Source: Meyerozyma guilliermondii (taxonomy: Eukaryota). From it: 64,000 nucleotides of DNA. A model generated the notes under the pieces. It saw only the letters and a list, made by a program, of their open reading frames with translations, was not told the DNA's origin and searched no databases. Below are positions 60,714 to 64,000 of this stretch, piece after piece. The stretch lies in the NCBI GenBank assembly GCA_051546255.1, contig CP128821.1, positions 620,001 through 684,000 on the forward strand. The letters run 5' to 3'. Position 1 is the stretch's first letter, and each line of letters begins with the position of its first letter. Both the position numbers and the translations under genes were made by a program.

Positions 60714-61901
60714 ATGAAGACTTTGAGTTTCTTCTTCTTATGGGTTTTCGCAGCCGTTGCGATGGCCCTTCCTAGAGCCATGCCGGTTCCTGATACCAGC
60801 TTTGACTTGCAAGAAATGATGGAGGATTTTTTCGACCAGGCTAACGTTCCGGAGTTGGACCAGTTCTATCTGATGGCCAATCTTTACAAAAGAGACGAAA
60901 AAACCATCGAAACTCTCTTGGAGTATGTCAATAAGTCAGGCATCATCTTTGACCTTTTAGACCAAATTGCCGACTATCCCGAGCGTGTGCAAGCCATTGG
61001 CAACCTCACCGTTGGCTTGCTTGGCAGATTGCCTCCAATAGACCTTTCTAACCTCCTGTTGCCAAAGAATATGGGTTCTATGACAAACAACAGTTTGGTC
61101 AATGTTCTTCTCAAATCTGGTTTGGTAAAATCGTTGGCCGATGGGCTTCTCTTGGATGAAAGTTTCAGGCCAGTGTTGGTCAATTTGACCTACAGAATCG
61201 TTGACGCAAACAAAAATGTCATTCTCTATATTGTCGATGGAGTATTGGCCAAGAGAGATTTGAAAAAGAGAGCCGACGATTATAGTGGAAGTTTAGGAGA
61301 ATTCGCCAAGAACATCTTTGGTTCTGTATTGGACTCCAAGCTCTTCTTGAACACATTTGGGGACATCGTCAATGCTTTGAACGACACCGGAGTGGCAGTT
61401 TATGTTGTTAAGAAATTCTTGAGCGACGATGCTTATCTCAACATGACTGCCACAATAGCAAATGATGCTATTCATTCCGGAGCCATCAACATCACTGGCA
61501 CCCCCAACATCACCAAGATCATCGGAGGAGTGCTTGCAGACCCTTCAGCGTTGGGTAAGTTGGCATCTGGAGCTTTGAGTGGAAAAGTTGATTTAAAAGG
61601 AATCTTTGGCAAATATTCCCCAGCCATCAAAGGTATTATCCAAGGATTGGAACGCAAGGGTCTTTTTGAGGAGTTGAATGACTACATTTTCCCATCTTCA
61701 TCGTCACAAACTCCACAAACCACCTCCAACAAGAAAGAAGCACAGGCTACATTGAGTGTAACCACCACGGGTGTAAAAAAAGACAAAGCTTCATCATCAG
61801 CCAAGGGTGCAGGTTCCACAACAACCCATAACAACTCGCTCATGCGGGCCTTGTTCTATATCCAGTCATTTATCTTTGGAGGAGCATTGATATTATTCTA
61901 G
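60714..61901 (+). CDS. Secreted, probably GPI-anchored OP4/PGA17-like protein
   Basis: Signal peptide, YKR/AKR/KKR sites, repeats VNKSGII, LLKSGLV, ALNDTGVA, Ser/Thr stalk, hydrophobic C-terminus. Confidence 0.65.
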   Translation: MKTLSFFFLWVFAAVAMALPRAMPVPDTSFDLQEMMEDFFDQANVPELDQFYLMANLYKRDEKTIETLLEYVNKSGIIFDLLDQIADYPERVQAIGNLTVGLLGRLPPIDLSNLLLPKNMGSMTNNSLVNVLLKSGLVKSLADGLLLDESFRPVLVNLTYRIVDANKNVILYIVDGVLAKRDLKKRADDYSGSLGEFAKNIFGSVLDSKLFLNTFGDIVNALNDTGVAVYVVKKFLSDDAYLNMTATIANDAIHSGAINITGTPNITKIIGGVLADPSALGKLASGALSGKVDLKGIFGKYSPAIKGIIQGLERKGLFEELNDYIFPSSSSQTPQTTSNKKEAQATLSVTTTGVKKDKASSSAKGAGSTTTHNNSLMRALFYIQSFIFGGALILF

Positions 61902-62034
61902 ATTTGTAATGCCATAATAAAAGAAATGAAAAGATATAGAGAATACATTGTTTAATTGGAGTAGCAGAAGGTATAAGTCTCTCACATTCAAGTGATTGTG
62001 GAATCTATCAGTTGCAGGTAGTTTATTCGAGGAT

Positions 62035-62141
62035 GATTTTCTCGCAGCTATTTTATTCGCACCCATTTTTCGCAGCTAATTTTACTGGTAGCTTTTTCGC
62101 AGCTAATTTATTTGGCTATTCGCACCACTTTATTCGCACCT
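62035..62141. repeat. Degenerate short repeats TTTTCGCAGCTAATTT / TATTCGCACC upstream of LSB6
   Basis: TCGCAGCTA x3 and TATTCGCACC x3 read directly. Confidence 0.65.
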
Positions 62142-62197
62142 GCTTTCTCTATCTATCTTCTTGTTTGTGCACTTCCATGTATCCGTATCTGCCATAA

Positions 62198-64000
62198 ATG
62201 GGAGACAACGATACAGTCAAAGACGATCCTCTTGCTGGCGATAGGTTGTCTAAAAGTGTTCCATCCCAAAATTATTATGGTGTTTCAGCGCCTCAGAGAT
62301 ACCATACCGAAGACTACTTTAATGATCCATTTGATAATTCCAATGCCATTGCTACTGAGAGAAGCCGGTCTACTCCTCAGACACCGAATGCGAGACTCAG
62401 CTCAAGCCTAGAGCTTCCTTTACAGTACAACACTGGATCTCAAGGACGTCGACACTCGGACTCTTCGGGTCATTTCAACCGGTTTGCCAAAAATTATTTG
62501 CTTCCCGCTGCTAAATGGGCTTATTCACCCATTGGATCGAAGAAACCACGACACTCGCCATTGGAAGAATACCACATTGAGTATTCAGTTTTCAAACTGA
62601 CGTACAATTACCCTCTGGTAGACTGCGATGGACAGGCAAATGATATGCCTTTTCTGCTTTATTGGGACAAAGTCCTCTTTTCGTTAAGTCAATGGGTTGA
62701 GTCAGAGGAATTGAAACCCATGAGAATCCCCAAAGGCTCATCAGGAAGCTATTTTATTTATGGTATAAACGACACTTCATCCAAGGTGATAGTGGGAGTT
62801 TTCAAGCCTAAAGATGAAGAGCCGTATGGGCCTTTGTCTCCCAAATGGACAAAGTGGCTCCATAGAACTTTCTTTCCGTGGTTTTTTGGTCGCTCGTGCT
62901 TACTTTCTAACATTGGATACATCAGTGAAGCCGCTGCTAGTGTGCTTGACCGTCAGTTGCACACCGACCTTGTTCCTCGAACCGACGTTATATATTTAAA
63001 GTCCTCGGCCTTCTTCTATTCCTATTGGAATCGTCATGCAAACAAGAGACTGCTTCCACCCAAAATAGGATCATTTCAGTATTTTCTAAACGACTATGTC
63101 GATGCCGACTCGTGGTTCAAACTGCACCCACTTCCATCTGCGCTAAGTCAATTACCCGATGATTCTGACATGACTATTGGCACAAATGATAATTTCCATG
63201 GCATCAGCTTTAAGTGGAGCAAGTCTGTGTTGCTTCAGTTTCGAGAAGAGTTGGAAAAATTAGTGGTGCTAGATTACATTATGAGAAACACAGATCGTGG
63301 ACCTGATAACTGGATGATATCAATAAAATGGCTGAAAGTTGCCGAAACTACATCAACCAAAACGCTTCGTCCCATCTTGAAAATTGGTGCAATCGACTCT
63401 GGTCTTGCATTTCCTTGGAAACATCCCGATGAATGGCGCCTGTTTCCGTTTGGTTGGCTCTTTTTACCAATTTCTCTCATCGGACAGCCCTTCTCTGATA
63501 CTACAAGAAGGCATTTTCTACCTTTATTGACATCTACAAAATGGTGGGAATCCACAGTGTGTAAGCTCAAGGCTGTATTTCAAAAAGACAAAAATTTTAA
63601 AGAAAAAAATTGGTCGAAGCAACTTGCCGTTTTGAAGGGACAAGCACTCAACGTGGTCGATGTGCTTCGCAGCCCCAATGAAGGTCCCTTAGAGCTCACG
63701 AGAAGAAACAGAATACTTGTGTGGGACGACGTAATGAGGATCCCTCTTCAAGTGAGCAATTCAATTATGGAGAATGCAATTGAATCAAGTATCCACGACA
63801 TGTCTTTGTCTAATAAGAAACGACCCACAATAGGTGTTATTGAAGAGGAAACTTCTTCGAGCCAAAACATTACCGAGACGACTGCACTTTTGCACCCGGC
63901 AAATATTGACGACAGACATGCTGAATCACTGGCAATTTCTGGGTACGATTACAATACTAATTTGATGGAAGATGGTTCTGAAACCAATACAAGAATGGTG
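62198..64000 (+). CDS. LSB6: Type II phosphatidylinositol 4-kinase, 3'-truncated (missing from the ORF track because it has no stop in the window)
   Basis: Own translation from ATG 62198: PKGSSGSYF, GVFKPKDEEPYGPLSPKWTKWLHR, PPKIGSFQYF, LDYIMRNTDRGPDNW, AIDSGLAFPWKHPDEWR. Confidence 0.95.
   Translation, partial: MGDNDTVKDDPLAGDRLSKSVPSQNYYGVSAPQRYHTEDYFNDPFDNSNAIATERSRSTPQTPNARLSSSLELPLQYNTGSQGRRHSDSSGHFNRFAKNYLLPAAKWAYSPIGSKKPRHSPLEEYHIEYSVFKLTYNYPLVDCDGQANDMPFLLYWDKVLFSLSQWVESEELKPMRIPKGSSGSYFIYGINDTSSKVIVGVFKPKDEEPYGPLSPKWTKWLHRTFFPWFFGRSCLLSNIGYISEAAASVLDRQLHTDLVPRTDVIYLKSSAFFYSYWNRHANKRLLPPKIGSFQYFLNDYVDADSWFKLHPLPSALSQLPDDSDMTIGTNDNFHGISFKWSKSVLLQFREELEKLVVLDYIMRNTDRGPDNWMISIKWLKVAETTSTKTLRPILKIGAIDSGLAFPWKHPDEWRLFPFGWLFLPISLIGQPFSDTTRRHFLPLLTSTKWWESTVCKLKAVFQKDKNFKEKNWSKQLAVLKGQALNVVDVLRSPNEGPLELTRRNRILVWDDVMRIPLQVSNSIMENAIESSIHDMSLSNKKRPTIGVIEEETSSSQNITETTALLHPANIDDRHAESLAISGYDYNTNLMEDGSETNTRMV

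Overview
Gene-dense eukaryotic nuclear DNA from a budding yeast. CTG codons fall at conserved Ser positions (RPT1, SSU1), so this is a CUG-Ser clade genome and the ORF track's Leu at CTG should read Ser. Both introns have a GTAAGT donor and a branch point abutting the 3' CAG, which suggests Clavispora/Candida auris-haemulonii relatives (inference). About 35 protein-coding genes are recognisable by recall, with no database search: SSU1 (5'-truncated), TRS65, a Rua1/Meu26-type zinc finger protein, GRS1, two tandem Baeyer-Villiger-type monooxygenases, a GPR89-like protein, MHR1, a Zn2Cys6 factor, RPT1, RPC25, RBM42-like, TMEM223-like, Ahc2/ZZZ3-like, CUE5, two tandem NDUFB7-like twin-CX9C genes (one spliced), a BRG1/GAT2 GATA factor, a HAD hydrolase, MET1, ETT1, TMC1, SCT1/GPT2, BET3 (spliced), SUR2, a multi-TM protein, TMT1, pirin, POL32, three OP4/PGA17-like secreted proteins, Bud8/9-like, SIP5, a degenerate ADH-fold protein, DUG2, an SPX phosphate transporter and LSB6 (3'-truncated). 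I saw no tRNA, rRNA, transposon or CRISPR. Most notable: a zinc-ligand Cys-to-Trp change in the BRG1-like finger, a hidden spliced second NDUFB7 paralog, a likely non-AUG mitochondrial leader on GRS1, the Kex2-site-rich OP4-like trio, an ADH-fold pseudoenzyme, and a 40-bp-phased promoter motif array. I found no convincing wholly new multi-gene system.
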